Shown here piece by piece: positions 48,317-59,510 of a DNA stretch of 64,000 nt. A model generated the notes under the pieces. That model made no database searches, was not told where the DNA came from, and saw nothing but the letters and a program-made list of their open reading frames with translations. Origin of the DNA: Diadema antillarum (Eukaryota). The stretch lies in contig NW_027272215.1 in assembly GCF_040938485.1 (NCBI RefSeq), positions 496,001-560,000 on the forward strand, given 5' to 3'. The translations under genes and the position numbers were made by a program. The number at the start of each line of letters is the position of its first letter. Position 1 is the stretch's first letter.

Positions 48317-50876
48317 ATGCGACCGTACACGGGGAATGGAAAAGCTTCCACAAGCACCACTGCAAATGGCTCGAAAGAAAAGCGTAAGAAAAAAAGGCAG
48401 CCACTACCATACACCTTACGAATTAGGTGCGAGCATAGGAATCTAGATGAAGGTACTTCCACTACTCCCTTGCCATCCAAATCAAAGGGAAAAGGAAAAA
48501 CGCAAAATTGGCGAGACAATCTAAAACAGAAAAACCCTGAGAAGCATGCTGAATTGAAAAAACGTGACAAGACCTACAGTAGGTACTACCGGCTACAATG
48601 TGCCACTGCGGAAGAAACTTTGAAAAAAAGAAATCTTTCAAAAGAAGAAAGAGAAGAAGCCGAGATGTGGAAGAAAAGAAAAGAACGTAATAATGAAACT
48701 GCAAGAAACAGAATGAGAAAGATGAATGCAAGAAAGAAGGAAGATGAGAAGAATGGAAAAACAAAAAAAGCCATGACTAGAAGAGAGTGTGAGAAGAAAA
48801 GAGCATATGAAGCAGAGAGGAAGAGGAAACAACGTGCTAAAAAAAGTGCAGCAGAAATGGCCAAGATAAATCAAAAAAGAAGAGAGAAATATGCGGCAGA
48901 GAAATACATGGAGATTCAGAAGATAAACGAAGAAAAGGATCGAAAGTTGAAAGAGATGGAACAGAAGGTAAAAGATGTGGAAGAAAAGTTACGTGAAAAG
49001 GAGATTGAGATGCGTGAAAAGAACGCCGAGTTAGGTGAAGACGCTATCGATGTGAGATCTAATACTGCCAGACGAAAGAGCCTTCAACGCGTCAGAAGAG
49101 CTTTTCCAAAACAAAGATCGCATTTTGTTTCTACCACAGTTGACCTCGTACAGAAAGCTTCACCACTGAAAGCTGCTGCACTGGAGAAGGCAGGAATAAC
49201 AGGCAGAAATCCATTGCATGAAGGAGTGATGGAAGCCGTCGCAGATGCCCTTTCAGGACCGAAAAAGTCTGCAAAACGGAAGCAAATGGCCATGTCTCTC
49301 GCTGCTATAAAGAAGTATAAACAACAAAGAGCGGCTGGAAGATACTTCGGTTGTAGCCGCAAACTTCTGGGAAATGCAATAAAAAAATCAGCAGGCCGAA
49401 GAGCGCTCTCATTGAAAACAATTAAACTCGTCCAAGAATTCTATGAAGCCAACTCAAATACTTTGCCAGATAAAAAACTCGTAAGTAAAAAAACCTACAA
49501 ACCAAGACATGTAATGGAGTCATCCATAGCAAATCTATACCAGAAGTACACCAAAGCACATCCAGATAACCCAGTAAGTGCAGGGATGTTCTACAGCTAC
49601 AGACCAAAACATGTAAAAACTAGAGGACAAGCCAAATATATCGGTTGTCTTTGTGAATACTGTGAAAACATAAATTTGAAAATACAAGCGATCAACAGCC
49701 TCCACAAAGGAACCTTCAAAGACGGCTATGATGTTGTCAAAGCAACAATGTGCCCGAAACCACCGGGATGGGATTTCAACCATCATTCCTGTATCAGCAG
49801 AAAGTGCAAGAAATGTGGCGTGGATATGTTGGACCAACGACTGCAACCTATCCTTGCAGACCTTGACAAGACCATGATTGTAAAGTGGAAACGGTGGACA
49901 ATCATAAAAACAACATGCCACACCAAAAAGGGAACCAAGGAAGTGAAGAAACGTAAGCCAATAGAGAAACAAGGAACAGTGCAGGATTTGGTAAAGGAGC
50001 TTAAGGAGGAGATAGACCCATTCAGTGAACACTTGTTTAACAAGGATTGGCAAGGTAATCAAGAAAAAAATCTCCGAAAGAATCTGCAAATGAATGAGGT
50101 ATTGGGGGTGTATGATTTTGCTGAAAATTTCAAGTGCGAGCATCAGCGAGAGGTTCAAAGCGCATATTATTCACACGATGCTGCAACAGTCCACCCTGTG
50201 GTCACATATTACATCTGTCCGACATGTTTGGAAACTGTGACGGAGAGTATTGTAATGGTTAGTGATGATTTAACCCACGACCACCATCTTGTGCACGAAT
50301 TCCATCGCAGAGTCACCAAGCATTTAACTGCAACCAGGGGGTTGAACATTACTAAGTTTTACCGTTTCTCTGACGGCTGCAGTAGCCAATATAAAAGCAA
50401 GGGACCTATTTTGGACATAAGTTACGGGAGGGAGGATTTTGGACACATCATACATCACAACTATTCGGGGACTAGGCATGGTAAGGGCACCAGTGATGGC
50501 GAGAGTGGAGTTGTTAAGAGGAAAGCAAGTGAAGCAGTCAGAGCAGGAACTGCCACAATCAGCACCCCAGATCAACTATATCATTTTCTGAAATCCAATG
50601 TTACAAAAGAAGCTACCGAAGACAAATGCTGCTGTCCATTTAGGAGATCGGTTATTTTTGTAAAACATGAAGAAGTTTCGCGAGAGCGGCGAGACGGGAG
50701 GGCCCCAAGAACTGTTAAAGGAACAAGGAAGTTACACAGTATCAAGAGCACAAAGGGAGGAACAGTTGGCACAAGGAATCTCTCCTGCTTTTGTTACCCA
50801 TGTCTCAGAGGTGGTGGTGGCAGATGTGCAAATGCAGCTTATGTACAGCCTTGGAAGCAAGTTCAACTAAGTACAG
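48317..50876 (+). CDS. Sola2 transposase, main exon (K/E/R-rich coiled-coil N-terminus, DDD core)
   Basis: Motifs CLCEYCEN, DFAENF...EVQSAYY...HPVV, SDDLTHD, FSDGCSSQYKS, HGKGTSDGESGVVKR, VKGTRKLHS and LSCFCYPC. ATG at 48317 follows an acceptor at 48293-94. Donor ag|gtaaat at 50877; unspliced read-through stops at 50884. Confidence 0.88.
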
Positions 50877-50886
50877 GTAAATAAAC

Positions 50887-51428
50887 CCGGGGGAGGGGGG
50901 AGGGGGCCTCCATTGACAAGTGAATATCATGCGTGTCCAAGAAAACACGTAAAAAGGGTATCTTTTTTAAGGCTGGGCATGTAACGTACGTAACGTGATA
51001 AGGGTGTCAAAAACACTAAAATACTGAAAAAATGGTATACTTTTCGCACGGAATCTTACGTGTTAAGGGTTCGATTTGCGAGGGTATTAAAAAACACTAT
51101 TATACCTAAAAGGGGGAACTTTTTGAGCCAAAACTACGCGTTTAGGGTCCGATTTGCGAGTGAGGTAGGCTTATAAATATAATAAAAAAGGGATCAGCGT
51201 GCACTTATAAAATGATGGGGTTGTTAAATTATCGTTGTAACCTACTTGCTTAGGGGGTCAAATTATCGGAATATGTGTTGAGGATACGATTTCGTACAAA
51301 ATACTTGTTAAGGGTAAAGTTTCACACGCCAATACTTGTTAAGGGGTGCTTTTTCAGAACTGGGAAAATACGTGTTTAGGGTGCTTTTTGAAACCCCATG
51401 GACGCGCATGATATCCACCGTCACTGGA

Positions 51429-51467
<39 letters not shown>
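50887..51467. mobile_element. Mutator-type MITE with a perfect 9-bp TSD
   Basis: taaataaac|ccggggg...ggcctcca.tgac..gtg.atatcatgcg.gtcca ... tggacgcgcatgatatccaccgtcactggaggccc..ccgg|taaataaac. Confidence 0.92.
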
Positions 51468-51469
<2 letters not shown>

Positions 51470-51945
51470 AATAAACTTGTTATGCTAGATCAAAAAATGA
51501 ATACTGTTAACCACTTAATAAAGTCATTTTGGGTAATTGCTTATTGTTCACATCAATTACCAAAGCATGTGGCCAGTAAGGGTAAATTTCAATGTAGATG
51601 CTCGAATCATTGTAGTGAAAGAAATACAACTATTTATGTACTTTTTTGGGGAACAATTTTGTGTCTTAATTTTTACATGAAAAGTTCACTTTTGAAAGCT
51701 TGCACTTTATATCCAATGCTATATGTTACAGATGACTTCCTAGAAAGTTTGTTCAAGACATGTCAGAGCAGAGATTCTTAAAACTTACCGGTTTATGCGG
51801 TGGTGGCCTGCGGCTGACATCTATCGACCTTCAATTCAAGACACTTCCAGTACAACCTGTAGGTCTATATTGTATCATGCACTGCTCACAACCTCCTATA
51901 CACACAATTTATGTTTCTGTACAATTTATTTTGTTGTCATTACAG

Positions 51946-52227
51946 CAAAGGTGACCACTAGCCATGACGCCCCCAGCCATGACACAGCCAGGCGAGCTAG
52001 CCAAGACGTTGGAGCCAAGCAAGATGTCGCCCCCAAACTCCCTGATCATGATGATGCTCCCCATGTCACCCCCAAACTCCCTGATGATGATGAAGCTTCC
52101 CATATCAACCCCAAACTCCCTGATCTTGATGATGCTTCCCCATCTGTAGATGACACCGAGTCCGAGAGTAAATGCGACAACAGCGGAGTTGACCAAAGCC
52201 AGACCATGGCAGATGACAGTGATAAAG
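51946..52227 (+). CDS. Sola2 transposase acidic linker exon with three 13-aa repeats
   Basis: tacag acceptor and gtaatg donor, phase 1/1. PKLPDHDDAPHVT / PKLPDDDEASHIN / PKLPDLDDASPSV (39-bp period). Confidence 0.7.
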
Positions 52228-52597
52228 GTAATGTGCGACTAGTATGTATACACAATGTACAATGCTTTATTAGTAAAGATACACAACAAACTGTTAAAAA
52301 AATGCATTTTAAAGTGAATTTACTTCTGAAAATGTGGAAATGTCGTTATAGATCTGAAGGAAATGTCACGGTTATGTATGATGGGGTTAATAACTTTGCA
52401 TCAGTCATTTTTCAGGCGGCATGAAAAATCTTAACAATTTGCTTTAGACCTCAGTTCCAAAGGCAAAATGGTTAGATTTTTCCACAATGCCCTCAAAATA
52501 ACTGATGCGCAGTTATTAACCTCTAAGTAGTATTTTAGAACAACTTAATACAAATTGTTATTAATCTTGATTCAATTTGGTTGTGTTTATCAAATAG

Positions 52598-52695
52598 GTG
52601 GAGCTACTGATATGGTAAAGGTACATGATTTTGTAGCCGTCAGAGTGGAAAGTGCTGGCAAAAAGAACAAAGGAGATCAGATGCATGTTGCTAAG
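52598..52695 (+). CDS. Sola2 transposase exon, start of the C-terminal beta-barrel
   Basis: aatag acceptor and gtaagt donor, phase 1/0. GATDMVKVHDFVAVRVESAGKKNKGDQMHVAK. Confidence 0.7.
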
Positions 52696-52855
52696 GTAAG
52701 TTCTCTTTAAATCATTGTCAGGACCTAACTCCCTACATCAAGTTACTCAGTATTTCATTGATACAGAGCTTCCATGATCATATTTATACAGCTACACTGT
52801 GTTCAGAAAGATTCAAAATTATATTTTACTCTTCATTTTTGTGTCTAAATTACAG

Positions 52856-53077
52856 GTTGCTTCGGTGCTTGAAGATGGATACAGCCTGTCATATATGGTA
52901 CAAAGCAGCGGAAATCTTTATACCTGGCCACAAGGAGACGAAGTCTATTTCACCCATCCACAACGCGATATAATATGCAAACTTCCAGGACCAGAATATG
53001 TTTGGGTTGGGTCACGCCTTCTAAATAGAATGGACCTAACAGATGCTGAAAGACTTTTTCAAAAAATAGAACAATAG
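52856..53077 (+). CDS. Sola2 transposase last exon (Tudor/SH3-like barrel, stop codon)
   Basis: tacag acceptor, phase 0. VASVLEDGYSLSYMVQSSGNLYTWPQGDEVYFTHPQRDIICKLPGP...*. Confidence 0.7.
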   Translation, partial: VASVLEDGYSLSYMVQSSGNLYTWPQGDEVYFTHPQRDIICKLPGPEYVWVGSRLLNRMDLTDAERLFQKIEQ

Positions 53078-53310
53078 TACAATAGAAAAGTACTGAACTA
53101 TTTACCAAGACAGCTCTGTGACATTTGTGTGCTTTTGTAGTAGTGCTAGTGCATATTGAAAAATGAAAACCTGTGCGGGTTTTGGTCCCTATTCTGTTAT
53201 GAGACCATTCATACGCAGGCCTTGAGTTTTAAAAATGGTCTGGTGTGCTAAAAATTCCACTCCTCCAGATATTTAGGTGTGCTGTAGGTATGCATACGTA
53301 GCGGTAATAA

Positions 53311-53621
53311 ACTGAATTAATAGGTTTTTAAACTTCTATGCTACTTAAATTGACGACCTCACGTCATGACGTCAAATGAGATGCCTGGGGTTGGAAATTG
53401 ACCCCGTCTGGGACAACCTCTTGACCTCCCGCAACAAAGGGGGAGGGGACGAGACATCTCATTTGACGTCACCAACTTTGACGTCATCAGAGGTTTCCTA
53501 GAAACACTAGCAACAATCAGAGCAGTAACATCCGCTGAAGATGCTGGTTGATCCAGCGAAAACGTTCCAGTGAGTTCGTCAATTTAAGTAGCGTAGAAGT
53601 TTAAAAACCTATTAATTTAGT
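53311..53621. mobile_element. Penelope-like retroelement fragment with inverted ends
   Basis: 52-bp inverted repeats at 53311-53362 and 53570-53621, with an internal CTGAAGA...GAAAACGTT motif typical of Penelope-like repeats. Confidence 0.55.
53528..53574 (+). ncRNA. Minimal hammerhead-ribozyme-like motif (probably degenerate)
   Basis: CUGAAGA (53535-41), stem II GCUGG-UUGAU-CCAGC, GAAA, palindromic AACGUU, then C. Stem I pairing is poor. Confidence 0.4.
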
Positions 53622-55020
53622 CTCAATATAATTCAAAATTAACTCCATGAAGTGTAAGTATGTTTAAAACTTGATGTTAGTTGAAACTTTTATGCTTGAT
53701 AAGACTTGATGTTTGTTAATAATTGATGTTTGTTAAAATGTTAACATATTTGAGACTTCATCGGGTTAGTGCAATTGAGTTTTTTGATAAATATAGGAAA
53801 ATACACACATTTTAAGGGGTGTTACAAGCCTTGAATGTATGCAGTTGTATTTGTATGATGGAAATAAGATGTCAAAAAACAAAGAAGAAGTAAAGAAATT
53901 GAAACACAAAATCGCTTCTTTCTCGATAACTATATTGCACTAACCCGACGACTTTCAACTGACAATCCTATTTCTACCACAAATTTGAAATGTGGACACA
54001 TGAAACTGAAATTTTTGAGGTAAAGAAATGCCTCTTGCTTACACAATTTTATTTCCATACTGTCAGACAAAATACAACCTGTTGGAAATGGTGTGGATTA
54101 ACAAATCAGTATGAGACTGAAAGCTTTCTCTTTATTATACTTCATTAAGATACAGCTTTTTATTCGTTTTTCTATATTCACAAGGTGCTATGGTATTTTA
54201 TTTTTACAGTATTAAGTTAGTAGGTCTATTACACATTATAGTCTGTCGTGTACATCCTAGAACAGTCGTCAACACTTGCAATGGCAAGCGCTGACTGTTC
54301 TAGGATGTACCCAAATTGCAAAATCAGGCTATAACAAACCAATATATTAGTATTTGAACTTGTATTTTTTTTCACACAGTACTAAAATATAACCAAGAGA
54401 GTGTACTATTGAAGTGCAGTAATCTTTTCTTTGTACAATGTATTAATATGAAATGCAATTTTAGTTTTACTGCTCAATTTAAGAAACTGCAAAACCTTGA
54501 ATTTCCCCCAGATAGAGAACTGTCCACAGATCTATGTTAAACCTCATGGGCATAAAGAGACATGATGATCAGTGGAAGTTTAAATGGGTTTTACAGTTGA
54601 TTTCTGAAATGGAATATTGTTATTATACTGAAATGGAATGTTATTATTGTATTGAGCACCATATTTTGTGCAATGGAATATTATTATTAACAATAATAAT
54701 AGCTGCTGGTTCTTATATAGCGCATTTCAAGCTTGCAAAGAATTTCAATGCGCTTTACATTAGAAGCATAATCTACTTACAAATTACACTGTAAGTAGAA
54801 AACTATGATTAATTAAACAATAATCAAACATCAGTTCACACTTTTGAAGTAAAAGTTTTCTGTAAAAAGTGTAAGTTGAACTGCAATGTCCAATGTCCAT
54901 TGTAAAGTTTCCTTCTGTATAAAGTTAAACTGCAATGTCCATTGTTTCCCATTAACTAAGTAGCACTTTGAGCTTGAAACAATGGTGAGTGCGCTTCATT
55001 CACCCAGGTGCTATTACAGC

Positions 55021-55510
55021 CTATACTAGCTGGGAGGCTAACTTAGTCTTGAGTCAGTTCTTCATGGTGTAGTTGTTTGCCTGAACTCTTGCTAATGGGT
55101 CTTGCATGCTAGGCAGGGAGATTAATCTTCTACATCTAATTCTCTCAAATGCTGGACTTCAGTCTTGCAGGACTTCACACTTCAGTCAGGTGCTATACTA
55201 GCTGGGAGGCTAACTTAGTCTTGAGTCAGTTCTTCATGGTGTAGTTGTTGCCTGAACTCTTGCTAATGGGTCTTGCATGCTAGGCAGGAAGATTAATCTT
55301 CTACATCTAATTCTCTCAAATGCTGGACTTCAGTCTTGCAGGACTTCACACTTCAGTCAGGTGCTATACTAGCTGGGAGGCTAACTTAGTCTTGAGTCAG
55401 TTCTTCATGGTGTAGTTGTTGCCTGAACTCTTGCTAATGGGTCTTGCATGCTAGGCAGGGAGATTAGTCTTCGACATCTTCTTCTCTCAAATGCTGGACT
55501 TCAGTCTTGT
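55021..55510. repeat. Tandem repeat, 171-172 bp x3
   Basis: ctatactagctgggaggctaacttagtc occurs at 55021, 55193 and 55364. Confidence 0.95.
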
Positions 55511-58089
55511 AAAAGTAAAACTATGATTGGGAGAAAAGGGAAAGGGAAAGCAGATCAGATAATTTGCTCTACAGTATAAGATTATGTTACTCAAGCATCT
55601 GATTATTAATTTGACCCTGTGAACATTTTCAAATTCAGTAATATTGTGCTATTGACAATCGTATTCAAGTATGTGCAGACGCGCAGATTTAATGTTATGA
55701 CAGGAAACCTGAATTCCATTGAAATTAGGTGTTTGTTTCACATGTAAAGGGACGCCAAGACCTTGGTGTCACGTTTACACGGGGAACTTTTAGTACATGT
55801 TGTGGAGCTGTGAGCATTTTAAAATTCAGTAATTTTGTGCTATTGACAATCTTCATTAAGTATGTGTAGACATGCAAATTAAATTGTATCACAGGAAACC
55901 TATATTCCATTGAAATTGGTTTTTGTTCCACGTGTAAATGGGACGTCAAGACTTTTGGTGTCCCGTTTACAGAGGGAACCTTTTGTGCATATTTTGGCCC
56001 TATGTGCATTTTCCAATTCAGTAATTTGTGCTCCTGACTACCTAAGATGTATGCTTTCCAGTAGATTTAATTGTATCACAGGAAGCGGAAACTCCATTGA
56101 AATTGGGTGTTTGTTCCACGTGTAAATGGGACACCAAAACTTTGGTGTCCCATTTACACGGGGAACTTATTTTTTAATGCTTGATATTTCGCCATGTACA
56201 TAATGCAATCAGTTGAATGCTTTCAAAATAGTTTGAATACATCCTATACCACAAATTAGAGTGTTCTTTAGTTGGGTATTATTCAGTTTTGGTGTTTAAA
56301 AAAATATGTTGAACCAAGATGGGCCACAAAATGACAATGTAAAGGCCTCAATTGTGAAAATGCGGTCGCCCAAATATGGTTTTGGTCGAAACGAACTTTG
56401 AAATTCGACCAAATGTCATTAAATTTTAAAAAGACAAACTTAATCGAGTCTGGAAGAAGTATTAATTTGGTGTAAACTTTAATAGTTTTACTTACTTATA
56501 TATTTATGTATAAAAGACTTTTTTACATTTTGGTGTCCCGTTTACACGGGGAATTTGCCAGACGCGTGCCCATTTGAACTGTTCTTGCTCAGACAAACTT
56601 AATCGAATCTGGAAAAATTTACCGGTTTATAAAAATTAACACATTAGACCATCATTAGAAGAATTGTTTGAAAAGATTTAACCATTTTCAAATTTTGCAC
56701 TCTATGTCACACATTGGTACCTTAATAAATGGAAACACCCATATACGACATGCTCTTCTGTATGTCCAGATGCGTACAATCGAGCTCTCCGATCGGTCCT
56801 GAACGAATGGCGAGCAATGACCATGGAACATCCGCATCTCTACAGAAACGAAGCTGCAAGAAGTGGTTGGGCCATTCATTGTATCGACAATGGAAGAACA
56901 CAGAGATCCCACACCAGCTTTTGACGTCGCAATCAGAACCTGCTCCTAAGACCCAAACTTTCATTGTGAACGCCATACAAATTCCAAAGATCTGGATGGC
57001 CGGTTGAGTGTAAGAACGGCTGTAGGGTTTTAGCCAATCGCGACGCAAAAAAAAAAAACAACAGTCATACCTAAATACATGAGTGTAGGAATGGTTGTAG
57101 TTTGGGATACATCCTTGGAAATGCATTTTTTGGGTAGGAGATTAGTTTACCCCTGCGTTGGACCATATCAGTACAACCCTCCATTCCACACTAGGCATCT
57201 CCTGGGAAGAATGCCAAGTCATGGATTCATCATTTGCGATTATCTCCCTACAGGAATCAATGAGGCTACATTATCTTTCCTTCTAACTGGTAGGGAACTC
57301 GGACCAGGGATAATGCTGAGTAGTTTCTTCTCCATTCTGTCCCTAAGTGATGAATTAGCTCTGTCAACAGCTATGAACACAATTCCATCCCAATTGGAAT
57401 TTCCTAAACTATTACTGACCAGGCTATCAGCAATTTTGTGTCACTTTGGTTCAACTTCAATTCCCAGGCCCCGCAATATCCGTTTAACCATTTGAATGCT
57501 GCAGGCGATTATGCACACTGAACACCTGGTTGCTGATGCATAATAATGCATGTGTATCTCATATCATGCCTTTCAAAAGGAAAGAGTTTGGCCAAGACTA
57601 TTGCTTAAAATATGAAATAGTGAAGCATCATCCTCTCCTGATACCTCCACAGATCCTTCACTGAGAGGGCAGCTTCACTTCTATCATCAAAAGTTTCATC
57701 AAAACCCTTCTTCCCACTGTAGATCGCCATTTTGAATTGAGACTCTATAGACTCTATAGAAGAGAATACAGCATGATATTTCAGCGGATAATGACCACTC
57801 CATAGAGGAAGATATCCACACGACCTCGTGACAAAAGAGGAGGAAGGAGTCCTCAGACTAATTGCTGGATTTGTGCCTTTTGCAAGGTACGCAAAGATGA
57901 AGTCACCTCTTGGCATTAATGAAATGGTTGGCATTAATGAAATGGAGGGTGGCTGATGACAAGATGATCGATGCTCACATGTTCATGGAGTATACTTCAG
58001 TATGGCTAACATATCAGAACAGAGGAGGACTGTTCATAGTGCATGACAGATTGTATCGGGTGTCAGTGGGAAGACCAAAGAAAAATATA

Positions 58090-58790
58090 GAGATGCAGGT
58101 GAAAGATCGCAGGCAAATGAGATGGTCTCCAAAAATCCTGCGATTGCATTTTGCGATATATCACAAATCACCAGCAACCTACAACCTCATGAAGAAAAGT
58201 GGAATGCTTGTACTTCCTGCTCAAAGTACAATTACATGAATACGCCCATTACATAGAGGCCAAGACCTGCATTCATGGGGAGATAATTGAACAAATGGTT
58301 AAAAATACAGATTTAACTGAGGAATATAAAGCCAACATAATACTGCTATTTGATGAAATGAAACCACATTCAGGATTGACATTGTCTTCTTCAACAGGTA
58401 GACTAATAGGATTCATAGATGTAGGGGATATGAATAATGAGTTGAGATCATTCCAACAGGAAATATGCAAAATAATGAGGACACAGTTGAGCCACCTCTT
58501 GCAACACATGCCTTTGTGCTAAAGGCGAGAGGCATTTTTTTTTTCAATGAAAACAACGAGATTGCGAAGTAGCAAGATCTACGACTGCGTCATGGAGACT
58601 ATCTTAGTGTCAGAGTCAGTAGGTTTGAAAGTGAGAAGCATTGTTTCAGATGGTGCATCAATGAATCGAAAATTCTACAAAATTTGCGGACACTATAACT
58701 GGACAACATATCTGCTGGATCACAAAAGAAAGATACTTCTTTTGTGATGTTGGAACCCCATTTGATCAAAACAACTCGGAATAACTTGAA
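58090..58790 (+). pseudogene. P-element (THAP9-like) transposase remnant
   Basis: MRWSPKILR...HKSPATYNLMKKSGMLVLPAQSTI; LLFDEMK...L......GRLIGFIDVGDMNNEL; ATHAFVLKARGIF; GLKVRSIVSDGASMNRKFY. Several frameshifts. Confidence 0.85.
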
Positions 58791-59389
58791 CTCGAGATAA
58801 CTTGAACTCGAGAACCAAAAGTGTACTGCAGGAGTCAAAGAAATCCAAGGCCAAAGGAGAAAAGAAAATCCTTAGGAAGTTCAAGGAATTCAGAAAGAAA
58901 GAGAATGAGAGATTTAGGAGAAACAAGACAGAAACAAAATGAGGCTTCAAAGCAACGATCTAAGAGAATTGCTACAAGAGTGCCAGAGGCGTTATAGACA
59001 ATGGAAGAAAGAAGAGGGAAAGGTTGAAGGAAGACCAAGAACCAGGAAAGGCACAAACAAACAGAGGAAACCTGGAGAGAGAATAAAAGGATATGGCGAG
59101 ATTCTTTGTCAAGACAGAAGAAATCTGCAATAAATCAGAAATGACGAGAAGTGTATCTTAGAAAAAAATCAACAAAAGCTGCTCACGCTGATCCATTCAA
59201 TAATCACGATGGACCATCTACACTCGCTTCTCGAGCCCTAAGTCATTCCACCAAATGGAGGTATAAGAAAAAACTATTGAAAATGTAAAATTAATCCTTG
59301 CAGTAGCACAACCCAATTAAAATTTATGCAATGTATTATTAAGGACTAGTAGTCCAATTACTTGTCAGATTTTTCTCATAGTTGTTCTG

Positions 59390-59510
59390 CTTACCAACAA
59401 GCCTCATTTTGGTGCGAGTCCCCAGAAGGAGGCATATCGAACGACAAGAATCAATGCAACATGACAAATGTAGAAAGTGTGATTGGAAGGTTGAAATGAT
59501 TTCCAGTCCC
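59390..59510 (+). pseudogene. Possible Harbinger/ISL2EU (DDE_Tnp_4) transposase C-terminal fragment
   Basis: NKPHF...QKEAYRTTRINAT-(R)TNVESVIGRLK resembles EV..TR.IA..R.HVER.IGRLK. Confidence 0.35.

Larger units (their letters stand above)
47790..56560 (+). mobile_element. Sola2-type DNA transposon (exact termini unresolved)
   Basis: Contains the transposase gene, ~280-bp inverted repeats at 47790-48065 and 55725-56001, and further copies of the ~190-bp subterminal unit out to 56170 and 56555. Confidence 0.8.

Noticed and set aside
48256-50772. Phe/Leu/Ser-rich minus-strand ORFs resembling membrane proteins
   Set aside because: They are the antisense of the K/E/R-rich transposase codons.
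55021-55510. CRISPR-like array (also considered for 1-592 and 31670-32460)
   Set aside because: Whole units are repeated with no unique spacers, the context is eukaryotic, and there are no cas genes.
47783-56008. cgtgtgca / tatgtgca as an 8-bp TSD defining the Sola2 ends
   Set aside because: Only 6 of 8 positions match, Sola elements make 4-bp TSDs, and the right subterminal repeat continues past 56008.
56700-57940. Several 70-140-aa ORFs after the Sola2 right end
   Set aside because: Coding-like in places but interrupted by stops, with no motif I can assign.
58800-59200. K/R/E-rich stretch as a LINE or coiled-coil protein
   Set aside because: Low complexity with multiple stops and no diagnostic motif.
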